Positions 48,881 to 58,082 of a stretch of DNA of 64,000 bases are shown here, one piece after another. The stretch is from Vicinamibacteria bacterium (GTDB taxonomy: Bacteria; Acidobacteriota; Vicinamibacteria; Marinacidobacterales; Marinacidobacteraceae). Positions within the stretch are counted from its first letter, which is position 1; each line of letters opens with the position of its first letter. Location: NCBI GenBank assembly GCA_963422395.1, contig OY729431.1:2488887-2552886 (forward strand), given 5' to 3'. The notes below the pieces were generated by a model. The model did not search any database. It was not told where the DNA came from and was given only the letters and a program-made list of their open reading frames with translations. A program made the position numbers and the translations under genes.

Positions 48881-49261
48881 CTACCCTACCGAATCGGTGA
48901 TCCAGCGGAGGTAGTCGGGGTCGCCGGCCCCAGCCCGGCAGGCGAGGAACTCCGGGGTGTCATAGGAGTGGAGAGCGAGGAGGCGCTGCCGGAGGGATTC
49001 GAGCCGCTCCCCCGTCGTCTTCATCAGGAGGAGCGCCTCGTCCTCGCGCTCGACCTCGCCGCGCCAGCGATAGACGGACCGGATGGGAGAGAGGATGTTG
49101 ATGCAGGCGGCAAGACGCTCGCCGACGAGCGCCTCCGCAAGCCGCTCCGCCTCCTTCCGGCCAGGGGCGGTGGTGAGCGCCAGCCAGGTCTCCGGCCCGC
49201 TGGACGGGGGACTGGATGCCCTCGCCGGGTCGGCACTCGCCGTGCTGGATCGCCGGGACAT
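48881..49261 (-). CDS. cutA: Divalent-cation tolerance protein CutA.
   Basis: ERLAACINILSPIRSVYRWRGEVEREDEALLLMKTT...HSYDTPEFLA matches the CutA1 fold motifs. The real start may be downstream of 49261. Confidence 0.75.
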   Translation of the reverse strand: MSRRSSTASADPARASSPPSSGPETWLALTTAPGRKEAERLAEALVGERLAACINILSPIRSVYRWRGEVEREDEALLLMKTTGERLESLRQRLLALHSYDTPEFLACRAGAGDPDYLRWITDSVG

Positions 49262-49318
49262 CGGAGACCCTGGGGAGTGCAGCTGCTCCGTTGCTTCGAG
49301 CGGGGCGCGCCGACGCCT

Positions 49319-49963
49319 TCAGGCGGCTTCGGCCTGATTCTGCTCTTCCACTTCGGCGCCGAGGGCGGCCGACAGGGTGAAGGTCTCGTGCGCAGCACGC
49401 AGTGCGTCGTCCGGAGTCGGGAGAGTCTCCCCGACCCGGTCGATGCCGCTCCGGGCCTGCTGCCAGCACTCCCGCTGCCGGCTCCCATAGGGATCGAAGT
49501 AGCGAAGGTTGCCGGCGAACTCCGGACGGGCGGCCTCCAGGGCGCGGCGGATGAAACGGTTGCCGTTCATCGAGCCTTCGACCACATAGAAGGCGCCGAG
49601 CGCGGTGCCGGCGGACCACTCGGCCCCTCCGAGCCGCTCCACGAAAGCGGCGACCGCTGCGGAAGGCTTCGGCGCCTCACCATCCGAGAGGCCCTCGAGG
49701 TCCTGCGCCAGGCGGGAAGCGTGGGCGGCAGCCGCCCGGCGGAACGCGCTCCATTCGCCTGACTCCTGCGGGAGCCGGGAATGGAGGGCGCTCAAGAGTT
49801 CCAGCATCCCCGACTGGAAGGCGGCGAAGGCCGGGCGGGACACCTCGCCGCGGACGAGAGAGCGCTGGAACGCCTGGTTTTCGGCGGCGGCGTGGTCCTC
49901 GGCGGTGGCCTGCTTCAGCAGATCGGCGAGGGGAGTCACGGAGGCGCCGTTCGTGCTCGACAT
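49319..49963 (-). CDS. Heme oxygenase (HemO/PigA-like, biliverdin-producing).
   Basis: MSSTNGASVTPLADLLKQATAEDHAAAEN...FQSGMLELLSALHSRL matches the HO helical-fold pattern. The start at 49963 overlaps the stop of a small upstream ORF (TGATG). Confidence 0.65.
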   Translation of the reverse strand: MSSTNGASVTPLADLLKQATAEDHAAAENQAFQRSLVRGEVSRPAFAAFQSGMLELLSALHSRLPQESGEWSAFRRAAAAHASRLAQDLEGLSDGEAPKPSAAVAAFVERLGGAEWSAGTALGAFYVVEGSMNGNRFIRRALEAARPEFAGNLRYFDPYGSRQRECWQQARSGIDRVGETLPTPDDALRAAHETFTLSAALGAEVEEQNQAEAA

Positions 49964-49965
49964 CA

Positions 49966-50124
49966 GGAGAGACGGAAAGCGGACCACGCCGCGGCGGCGG
50001 CGATCCCGAGCCAGACGAGACCCTTGACGAGGAAGAAGAGGAAGGCGGCGCCCGCAGCCCGCTTGGCGATCCGAGAGTTACGGAACCTGCCCCACATTCC
50101 GGTACCGGATTTCGATTCCATGTC
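49966..50124 (-). CDS. Possible small single-TM membrane protein coupled to the heme oxygenase gene.
   Basis: MESKSGTGMWGRFRNSRIAKRAAGAAFLFFLVKGLVWLGIAAAAAWSAFRLS. Its stop overlaps the HO start. The assigned coordinates start at the internal Met; the track ORF (49963..50151) has earlier Met codons. There is no homology evidence. Confidence 0.2.
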
Positions 50125-50224
50125 CGGGCAGGCTAGTCGCGCACGGCTCACGGGTCAACGCCAGCTCGGCGCGCGAGCCTGGCTGCCGACATCCTGCGGC
50201 CCGCCCTGGGTCAAGCGCCCTGGG

Positions 50225-51814
50225 TCAACGAACGCGGCGGAACTCGGTGTCGCCGATCCGGAGACCGGCAGGCTTCCCGGCCGCGTCCAGCCGGAAGCTG
50301 ATCAGCGCCTCGCCGCGCCAGCGGGCGTCCCAGGCGACCCGGAAAGTGTCGAAGTGCCAATGACTGAGCGGTCCTCGGAGGCCCGGACCGTAATCGAGAC
50401 GGAGGGCCTCGCCGTCCAGACGCACCACCGCAGTGCCGCCGAGTTCGTGCTCGTAGGTCCCACCGTAGGCGGCGGAATCGAGGCTCGGTGCCGTGCCGAG
50501 GATCCGGCGGGCGCGCATCTCTTCGAGGGCGGCCGCCTGCGCTTCGGCGAGGCCGTCGTAGAGCGCGAGGAGTTCGGCGCTCCAGTCACGCTCCGGCGAT
50601 CCGAGCAGCGCGTCGAACGCGCGCAGCATCAGCGCGTGGCGGACCTCCACATGATCGCGGTTCCCGAGGACGAAGACCCCGATCTTCTCGTCGCGGACGA
50701 GACCCGCGATCGCCACCATGCCGTCGATGCTCCCGGTGTGGAAATCCACTGCCTGCCCGCCGTAGTCCTGCTGGAACCAGCCGAGCCCGTAGGTCACCCA
50801 ATGGGGCTTCGTGAGCCGCTCCGTCGGATAGAAGCCCGTCCGGTCCACGAGAGACTGCGGCCGGAACATCTCCTCGACCACCGCTTCGCTCAGAATCCGG
50901 GTTCCATCGGCAGCGACTCCGGAGGCGAGGAGCATCCGGAGCCAGAGCGACATCTCCCGGACCGAACTCCACACCGATCCGGCGGCGGCAACGGAGTCCA
51001 CCGAGGCGTTTTCGATGACCACCGTCTCGCCGTCCACGAGGTGGTGCGGCGAGGCGACATTGGCCCGGCGGCGGGCCAGGGAAAGCAGCGGCGCGGTCCG
51101 CTCCATGCCGAGCCGGTCGAAGATGCGGGAGTCCACGAAGTCGTGCCACGGCATTCCCGAGACCCGCTTCACGACCTCGCCGGCGGTCGCGTAGAGCACA
51201 TTCTGGTACACGAATCCGGAGCGCATCGAGTAGGCCGGCTCGACCTGTCGGAGCCGTTCGAGCATCTCCTCCATGTCGGTCTCCTGTCCGTACCAGAAGA
51301 CATCGGTATTCGGGAGCCCGCCGCGATGGGTCAGCAGATCGCGCACCGTCATCTCTCGGCTGACCCAGGCGTCCCGAACCGCGAACTCGGGGAGGTGCCG
51401 GCGCACCGGATCGTCCCAGGCGAGCTTCCCCTCGTCCACGAGCATGCCGACCGCGGCGGCGGTCATCGCCTTCGTGGTGGAGCCGATCGCGAAGAGGGTG
51501 TCGGGGTTCACCGGGTTCGGGCTTCCGAGTTCCAGCACTCCGTAGCCGCGGGCGAAGAGGAGTTCGTCTCCGCGCACCACGGCGACCGCGAGCCCGGTGG
51601 CGCCCCAGTCCGAAACCGCCCGGGCCGCATAGTCGTGGAAGGCCTCGGCATCGAAAGCAGCACTGGATTCATGGACAGCACCGGATTCTCGTCCGGTTTC
51701 GCTTTCTGGGGGCGGGGAGGCGGGCTTCCTCGCGCCCGGAACCGCCTCGGCGGCGGGCGCGGACCCGAGGAAGATCGCCAGCAGCAGCCGGGGGAACGAC
51801 GGGAAGCGGATCAC
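50225..51814 (-). CDS. Secreted serine hydrolase of the beta-lactamase/PBP4* family (class C-like).
   Basis: Signal peptide, then the SxxK motif in FAIGSTTKAMTAAAV. 529 aa. Confidence 0.8.
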   Translation of the reverse strand: MIRFPSFPRLLLAIFLGSAPAAEAVPGARKPASPPPESETGRESGAVHESSAAFDAEAFHDYAARAVSDWGATGLAVAVVRGDELLFARGYGVLELGSPNPVNPDTLFAIGSTTKAMTAAAVGMLVDEGKLAWDDPVRRHLPEFAVRDAWVSREMTVRDLLTHRGGLPNTDVFWYGQETDMEEMLERLRQVEPAYSMRSGFVYQNVLYATAGEVVKRVSGMPWHDFVDSRIFDRLGMERTAPLLSLARRRANVASPHHLVDGETVVIENASVDSVAAAGSVWSSVREMSLWLRMLLASGVAADGTRILSEAVVEEMFRPQSLVDRTGFYPTERLTKPHWVTYGLGWFQQDYGGQAVDFHTGSIDGMVAIAGLVRDEKIGVFVLGNRDHVEVRHALMLRAFDALLGSPERDWSAELLALYDGLAEAQAAALEEMRARRILGTAPSLDSAAYGGTYEHELGGTAVVRLDGEALRLDYGPGLRGPLSHWHFDTFRVAWDARWRGEALISFRLDAAGKPAGLRIGDTEFRRVR

Positions 51815-52660
51815 GGGGAGCAGCCCTCCTCTCCCGGCAACAGCGGGCGGGCAGCGAGCTGGTAGAGCGTCCCCCGATGGTTCCAGCGGGTCGCGTGGTT
51901 CGCGGTGCTGAAGATCTCGAGAAGGCGAGCGGCGGCGACGCCTTCGTGGACGCTGCAGGAAATCCGGGATTCGCCGCCGGTCGGCGGGTCGGGCAATGGC
52001 CAGGGAAGCTCGTTCGCCACCGTCGGATCGGCCGGATGCGGGTTCGAGATCATGTACACCTGCAGCCGGTCGCCCTCATAGGGGGCCGCAGCGGCCGTGA
52101 GGTCGCCGAGCCGCTGGACGAGTGCCTCGATGGGCGCGGCCCGCGGGTCCGTGTGTCGGACGGCGCCGAACGCCTCGATGGAGACCCGGTGGACGCCGCC
52201 GCGCTCTCGCAGGACCACTTGGAGGTTCGGTGCGTCGGCGATGATCGGCCCGGTGCTCGGCTGGGATGTGGAGGATTTCCACCTCGGGAAGCACGGTGGC
52301 CGCCGCCGCCGCGGCCACCGAGTCGAGCTCGGCCGCCGCAAGCTGCGTCATCAGGATGTTCGGGAGGATCGGCCCCGGATAGATCTCCAGGATCGGACCT
52401 TCCGAGTAGAGGACTCCAGAGACGGTCAGCGCATGCAGCGGAGGACGACCGAGTTGGTACTCGATGGGGATGAATCCGCCCGTCTTTTGCACTTCGAGGA
52501 AGATCACGCCGGGATCTTCGGGCAGATCGAACCCCAGGGGACCCGGGACCGGCTTCGGCGGGAGCAGGGTCGCGGGTCCAGGATGGTCGTCCGGTCCGCA
52601 GCCGGAGGCGGCGATCATCACCGGCAGCAATGCGGCAACGATCGGCAGCAAACCGGTCAT
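51811..52660 (-). pseudogene. Hypothetical lipoprotein gene split by an apparent frameshift.
   Basis: ORF 52076..52660 (MTGLLPIVAALLPVMIAASGC..., lipobox) loses plausibility after ...EVEILHIP. ORF 51811..52341 becomes protein-like only from ...IIADAPNLQVVLRERGG. The two frames overlap by about 266 nt, consistent with a single indel near 52240..52260. Confidence 0.35.
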
Positions 52661-52788
52661 CGACAGACCCCTCGGCAGCCCGTGGAGGAAGCGGCGCGAC
52701 CCCCGAGACGGATGCCGCTCGCATACCCGGCACGGCCGTGCGGCTTCGTCCAGGGACTGTTCACCGGCCCCGCGCGCGGGCGGAAGGC

Positions 52789-53889
52789 TCAGAAACCGAT
52801 CCCATCACCGATCGAATCCCTGATCACTCGAGCGAGCCCGTAGAGCCCCGCCGCGAGCAGGCCTCCGATCGCGGCGAGACGGCCTCCGCTGCGAAGAGCG
52901 CTCGATCCGGAGAACAGGCTCGCCGCGGCTCCCGAGCAGAAGAGCGCCAGTACCGCGAGCGCCGACGCGCCGAGGAGGGCCGTCCCCTCCGGGAGCAGGA
53001 GAAGCGGGACCAGCGGAATCGCAGCGCCGGCGCCGAAGCTTGCGAAGGAAGCGAGCGCCGACGCCCACGGTGAGCCCAGGTCGTCCGGATTCAGGCCCAG
53101 TTCCTCCCGGGTGAGCACATCGAGCGCTTTCGCCGGGTCGTCGATCAGCCGCTTGCCGAGCGTCCGCGCCTGTTCCCGTTCGAAGCCGCGCGCCTCGAAG
53201 ATGAGCGCCAGCTCCTCGGCCTCGTCGTCCGGATAGAGGCGCAGTTCTTCTTCTTCGAGCGCGATCTGCCGCTCGAACAATTCGACCCGGGAGCGCGCTG
53301 CGAAGTATTCCCCGGCGGCCATGGACACCGCACCGGCGAGCATCCCGAAGGCGCCGACGAGCAGCGCGGTGTGCGGTTCGGCACCGAGCCCACCGACCGC
53401 GAGCACGAGCGCGGTATTCGACACCAGCCCGTCGCCCAAGCCGAAGACCGCGGCGTGGAGGGCCACCACCCCGCGGGTGTACAGGTGGCGCTGTTCTTCG
53501 CCGAGCAGGTGATGGCGGGGTCCGGTCCGCTCGGGGGCGTCGGCCTCCCGTTCCAGCAGCGCTTCGAGGTTCGACGGCGCCGCGCGGTACAGCGAGAGCC
53601 CCCGCACCTTGAGCGCGGCGAGCGCGGGAAGGAGCGAGCGCGGGCCGATCCAGCGGACGAGAGCCCCCACCAGCCGCACCCGGAAAGAGGCCTCGTAAGG
53701 GCCCGGTGCGGGATCGCCTGCTTCTGCGATCGCCCGCACCCACGCCTGGCTCTGCTCCAGCGCGTCCTCCGAGAGCGCTTCGAAGAGGCGCTGCTTCTCT
53801 CCGGTCTCCACTCCGGCGAGCACCCGGTAGAGCCAGGCCGCCTGGACCTCGCTCTCCCAGCTCTCCCGGAGCGACGCGCGGTCAGCCAT
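52789..53889 (-). CDS. VIT1/CCC1-family iron/manganese transporter with an N-terminal ferritin-like domain.
   Basis: GLGDGLVSNTALVLAVGG...AGAVSMAAGEYFAARSRVELFE...EELGLNPDDLGSPWASALASFASFGAGAAIPLVP are the VIT family motifs. Confidence 0.8.
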   Translation of the reverse strand: MADRASLRESWESEVQAAWLYRVLAGVETGEKQRLFEALSEDALEQSQAWVRAIAEAGDPAPGPYEASFRVRLVGALVRWIGPRSLLPALAALKVRGLSLYRAAPSNLEALLEREADAPERTGPRHHLLGEEQRHLYTRGVVALHAAVFGLGDGLVSNTALVLAVGGLGAEPHTALLVGAFGMLAGAVSMAAGEYFAARSRVELFERQIALEEEELRLYPDDEAEELALIFEARGFEREQARTLGKRLIDDPAKALDVLTREELGLNPDDLGSPWASALASFASFGAGAAIPLVPLLLLPEGTALLGASALAVLALFCSGAAASLFSGSSALRSGGRLAAIGGLLAAGLYGLARVIRDSIGDGIGF

Positions 53890-54832
53890 GCGCCGAAGCC
53901 AGATCCTCGATCATCGGACCCACCGGCGAGTCGTCCAGCCAACGGGAGAAGGCTCGGGACGCCCCGCGCACCCAGGCCGAAGGGAACGGAATCACTCCCA
54001 CCCGAAACGAGCGCAAGCCGGCGCGGAAAGTTCCGTCCTCGACGGAGGGCTGGGAAGCCAGGATCAGGTTCACGAAGCGCTCTCCGAAGAGCGGAGCCGA
54101 AAACGGAAACGACGCCCGCACCTCGAGGTTGTCGTCGAGCATCGCCAACTCGAGACGGAGGCCGGGGTCCAATCCGGAGGCCGCCGATACCTCGGGCCAG
54201 GCAGCAGCCATCCGGGCCCCCATGAGCGAATCGGCGGAGTGCGATTCGACGGAGAGCGTCCGCCGCTCCGCCTCTGCGGCAGACGCGCCGAGCGGGGCCG
54301 CCACCGGAGTCTGGTCGGTGAGCAGCAGGAAGGCGACCGCGACGATGGCGAGCAGGGCAGCGCCGATGGCCGCAACCACCGCGAGCGTGACCAGCGCCGA
54401 GCGGAGGCCCCGCGCCAGGATCGTACCGAGCAGCACCCCGGGGAACATGCCGGCGAGCGGAACGAGCAGCGAGAGGAGCTCAGGAACGTCCAACGCCTCT
54501 AAAGCCCACCAGGACGTGTCGGCCGAACTCAGGGCGACGAGCACTGTGAGAACCGCCCCGAGCGCGAGCGAAGGGAGGAGGACGAAGAAGAAAACGGCGA
54601 GGATGCCGCGCATCCGCGGGAGCGCGAGCGGAACCAGCAGACCGATCGGGGTGAACCAGAGCGCCTGCCGCGCGAGCCCGGAGGTGAGCGAGCCCAGGTC
54701 CTGTCCGGGGAAGCCGAGCTCGGGCCCGGCCGAGGACGCGTACCAGCACCAGGCGGCGAGCCCGAGGAGCGCGCCGAGGTTCCTGAACCCGAACCGCGGG
54801 GGAGTGGTTTCCACCCGGGAATCCTCCACCAC
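53882..54832 (-). CDS. Hypothetical membrane protein.
   Basis: It is tightly packed between the BNR protein gene (1-nt gap) and the VIT gene (8-nt overlap). Several TM helices. No motif match. Confidence 0.45.
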   Translation of the reverse strand: MVEDSRVETTPPRFGFRNLGALLGLAAWCWYASSAGPELGFPGQDLGSLTSGLARQALWFTPIGLLVPLALPRMRGILAVFFFVLLPSLALGAVLTVLVALSSADTSWWALEALDVPELLSLLVPLAGMFPGVLLGTILARGLRSALVTLAVVAAIGAALLAIVAVAFLLLTDQTPVAAPLGASAAEAERRTLSVESHSADSLMGARMAAAWPEVSAASGLDPGLRLELAMLDDNLEVRASFPFSAPLFGERFVNLILASQPSVEDGTFRAGLRSFRVGVIPFPSAWVRGASRAFSRWLDDSPVGPMIEDLASAHG

Positions 54833-57800
54833 TCAGCGAGAGCGCGCCTCGGTCAGAGCCCGCCAGAAGGGAGGCAGCGTCTCGTCGCGAAGGCGCCGGA
54901 ACTCCTCGCGGGCCGTATCGAGCCGTTCGCTCAGCAGCGCATGGACCTCGCGCTGCTGATCGGTGGGGTGGAAATCGGCGCCGTCGTGACCGGCGTCGTT
55001 CGCAAGCGCCCCGAACCTCCCGTAGAGACGCATCGGCGCGCGGAAGGCATCCTCGCGGGAACCGGTGAGACCAGTGTCGAAAAGCCGTCCTTCCACGGCG
55101 ATCACGGTGCCTTCGATCTCGGCCGCGCTCTCGAGCAGCGCCTCGAATACCTCATCCCCTCGGTGGCGTTCCCTCAGACCCTCGAGCTCGCGGCGCATCC
55201 ATTCCAGCTCGTCCACCATCGCCGCCAGCTCGTTCAGCTGCTCTCGGATCGTCATGAGGAATTCGTGTTTCTCGGCGATCTCCGCCAGCGTCCCGGCGGA
55301 CGCCGGATCCTTTCGGACCTCGAAGGAGACCTCGGCGGAGTGCTCGCCCGCGGTGACCCGGGCGGTGTACCTGCCCGGCGGCGCCAACGGACCGCGGTAG
55401 CCGGGGAAGATATCGAGATCCCAAGTACGGATTCGCCGCTCACCGTCTTCGCCGAGCCGCACCCAGTCGAGGTCCGGGGGGCGGGTACGCAGCGTGGCGC
55501 GCTCCGCCGCCTCGTACCGGAGATCCCAGTACTCCCGATGGAGGCCGGCCTGCGCCGATCCTTCGAGTTCGCGGATCACCTCGCCGGCAGCGTCGAGGAT
55601 CTCGATGACCGCGCCCGTCCCTGCCTCCTCGGCGAGCCGCCAGGAGATGCCGGCTCCGTAGGGCGGATTCTGCCCGGTGACGAGGCTCCCGGGCTCCGAC
55701 TTGATCGCCTGGCGGGGAAGGAAGCGATAGGCCGCCGCGGGCGCGAAGACCCGGAGCGGCTCGGAGGGCGGATCGGCCAGCGCCCGCAACGGGCCGATGT
55801 CGTCGAGGATGAAGAAACCGCGTCCGTAGGTCGCCGCCACCAGGTCGTCGAAGCGCTCTTGCACCACGAGGCCGTAGATCGGGGCCGGAGGCATCCCCAG
55901 GCGGAGCGAGAACCAGAACTCCCCGTCGTCCAGACTGGCCCAGACCTGGTTGTCGGTCCCGGCGTAGAGCATCCCGGCCCGCTGCGGGTCCTCGCGGACC
56001 ACATGGACGAAGGAGAAAGGCGACTCGGGGAGGCCGCCGCTGATCCGCTCCCAGCTCGCGCCGAGGTCGCGGGTGCGGAAGATGTGGGGGCGGAAGTCGC
56101 CGGACTGGTGGCGGCTGACCGCGAGGTATGCGGTCTCGGGGTCGTGCCGCCCGGGCTCGATGGACTTGACCCAGCCTTCGATGTCGAGCCCGGGGACGTT
56201 TGCGCTCACATCGCGCCAGTTCGCACCGCCGTCCTCGGTGAGATGGACTCGGCCGTCCACGCTCCCCGCCCAGAGCTGGCCCCGGGCGAGCGGCGATTCG
56301 GCCAGCGCGAAGAGCACCGAGCCGTCGAAGGTGTAGAGGTTGTCCACCGTGACCCCGCCGGAGTCCTGCTGACGCGATTCGTCGTCGGTGGTGAGGTCGG
56401 GGCTGATCTGCCGCCACGACTGGCCGCGGTTTCGGCTCTCGTGGACGAACTGGCTGCCGACCCATGTCGTCCCCGGTTCGTTACGCGAGAGCACCATCGG
56501 GAAGTTCCAGTGCCAGCGCAACTTCACCTCCACGGGAGCCCAACCGTAGGAAGCTTCCGGCCATACCCGGACATCGCGAGTGTGCCCGGTGCGGTCGTCG
56601 TACACCTCGAGGCCACCGTCGTAGCAGCCCGACCAGACGATGTCGTCGTCGGCCGGTTCCGGGGTGGCCCAACCGCTCTCGCAGCCGCCGACCCCCTGCC
56701 AGAGACCGAGCGGGATGCCGCCCCCGCTCGTTCGGCTCGGTCCCCGGTAGGAATAGCCGTCCTGGCGATTCCCGTACACCCGGTAGGGGATCCGGTCGTC
56801 CACGCTCACCTGGTACATCTGGGCCACCGGGGGGACGATCCGCCGCCAGCTCGCACCCCGGTTCGTCGAGAGGCTGCCGCCGCCGTCGTGGGCGACCAGG
56901 ATGCGTTCCGGCAGGTAGGGGTCCACCCAGACATCGTGATTGTCGCCTCCGGCGCGGTAGGAGGTCTCGACCAGGCTCCGCCCGCCGTCCACGCTGGTAC
57001 TGAACAGCACCGAAGCGAAGTAGATCCGGTCCGGATCTCTGGAATCCACCGCGAAGCGGACATAGTAGGGAGCGCGTTCGGCGAGATCGTGGTGGGTGAG
57101 CGTGAGCCGCCAGGAGGCGCCGCCGTCGTCGGAGCGGTAGAAGCCGGGACTTTCGTCTTCGATCAGCGCGTACCAGCGATCCGGGTCGCTCGGGGCGATC
57201 CCGACTGCGATCTTTCCGACCTCGTGCTCCTCCCCACCGGGAAGCGCCGCGATCCGCTCCCAGGTGTCTCCGCCGTCGAGGCTTCGGTACGCCCCGCTGC
57301 CCGGCCCGCCGCTCGAGAGCCCCCCGGTATCGATCTGGAGTTGCCACATCCCGGCGAGCAAGCGCCGCGGGTGGCGAAGATCCAGCGCCAGATCGGAGCA
57401 CCCGGTGTTCTCGTCCACGAAGAGCACGAGCTCCCACGAATCCCCGCCGTCGGTCGTGCGATAGACCCCGCGCTCGGGCTGGGGCGCGTAGGAGTGGCCC
57501 AGCGCGCAGGCGTACACCAGGTCCGGGTCGCCGGGGTGGACGAGGATGCGCGCGATCCGCCCGCTGGCTTCGAGCCCACGATGGTGGAACGACCGGCCGC
57601 CGTCGGTCGAGCGGTAGATCCCGTTCCCCATGGCGAGCGCCGGACGGATGATGAAAGTCTCGCCGGTCCCCGCCCAGACCTGCGCCGGATCCGAGGGCGA
57701 CACCGCGAGCGCGCTGATCGAGGCGGCGTCCTGGTCGTCGAAGACCGGCTTCCAGCTCGTTCCACCGTCGTCCGTCCTCCAGATCCCTCCCGAAGCCGCC

Positions 57801-57982
57801 CCGAAAAACGCCACTTCGGGGTTTCCCCACTCCCCGACCGCCGCGCTGAGTCGGTTTCCGTCCGGCCCGATCGTCCGCCACTTCAGGGCGGGCGCGGTCT
57901 CTTCGCTGATCGGCGGTTGGGCAAATCCGGGGGCGGCGAGCAGCGGGACGAGGAAAAGGATGAGCAGGCAGGCAGCGCGCAT
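54833..57982 (-). CDS. BNR/Asp-box repeat (sortilin/Vps10-like) secreted protein.
   Basis: The signal peptide MRAACLLILFLVPLLAAPGFAQ starts at ATG 57982. Many S-x-D-x-G-x-T/S-W Asp-box repeats are present (TDDGGTSW, STDGGRSF, TTDGGDSW, SLDGGDTW, SDDGGASW, TEDGGANW). Confidence 0.8.
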   Translation of the reverse strand: MRAACLLILFLVPLLAAPGFAQPPISEETAPALKWRTIGPDGNRLSAAVGEWGNPEVAFFGAASGGIWRTDDGGTSWKPVFDDQDAASISALAVSPSDPAQVWAGTGETFIIRPALAMGNGIYRSTDGGRSFHHRGLEASGRIARILVHPGDPDLVYACALGHSYAPQPERGVYRTTDGGDSWELVLFVDENTGCSDLALDLRHPRRLLAGMWQLQIDTGGLSSGGPGSGAYRSLDGGDTWERIAALPGGEEHEVGKIAVGIAPSDPDRWYALIEDESPGFYRSDDGGASWRLTLTHHDLAERAPYYVRFAVDSRDPDRIYFASVLFSTSVDGGRSLVETSYRAGGDNHDVWVDPYLPERILVAHDGGGSLSTNRGASWRRIVPPVAQMYQVSVDDRIPYRVYGNRQDGYSYRGPSRTSGGGIPLGLWQGVGGCESGWATPEPADDDIVWSGCYDGGLEVYDDRTGHTRDVRVWPEASYGWAPVEVKLRWHWNFPMVLSRNEPGTTWVGSQFVHESRNRGQSWRQISPDLTTDDESRQQDSGGVTVDNLYTFDGSVLFALAESPLARGQLWAGSVDGRVHLTEDGGANWRDVSANVPGLDIEGWVKSIEPGRHDPETAYLAVSRHQSGDFRPHIFRTRDLGASWERISGGLPESPFSFVHVVREDPQRAGMLYAGTDNQVWASLDDGEFWFSLRLGMPPAPIYGLVVQERFDDLVAATYGRGFFILDDIGPLRALADPPSEPLRVFAPAAAYRFLPRQAIKSEPGSLVTGQNPPYGAGISWRLAEEAGTGAVIEILDAAGEVIRELEGSAQAGLHREYWDLRYEAAERATLRTRPPDLDWVRLGEDGERRIRTWDLDIFPGYRGPLAPPGRYTARVTAGEHSAEVSFEVRKDPASAGTLAEIAEKHEFLMTIREQLNELAAMVDELEWMRRELEGLRERHRGDEVFEALLESAAEIEGTVIAVEGRLFDTGLTGSREDAFRAPMRLYGRFGALANDAGHDGADFHPTDQQREVHALLSERLDTAREEFRRLRDETLPPFWRALTEARSR

Positions 57983-58082
57983 GGCCGAACGGTAGCAGTC
58001 CGTTCCCCGGACGGTGCTCTCGCGGGTTCCCGGCGAGTACGATGGGCCAGCAGCAGGAAACCTGCTGGAGGAGGAGAACACG

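Noticed and set aside
46687-48914. Multiple ORFs inside the CRISPR array (for example 47802..48788, 328 aa, with recurring FNPRPPCGGR and SAPPVRGAT peptides).
   Set aside because: The periodic peptides are translations of the 33-bp repeat. This is a non-coding array.
49781-51865. Plus-strand 694-aa ORF.
   Set aside because: It is antisense to the heme oxygenase and serine hydrolase genes, with no motifs.
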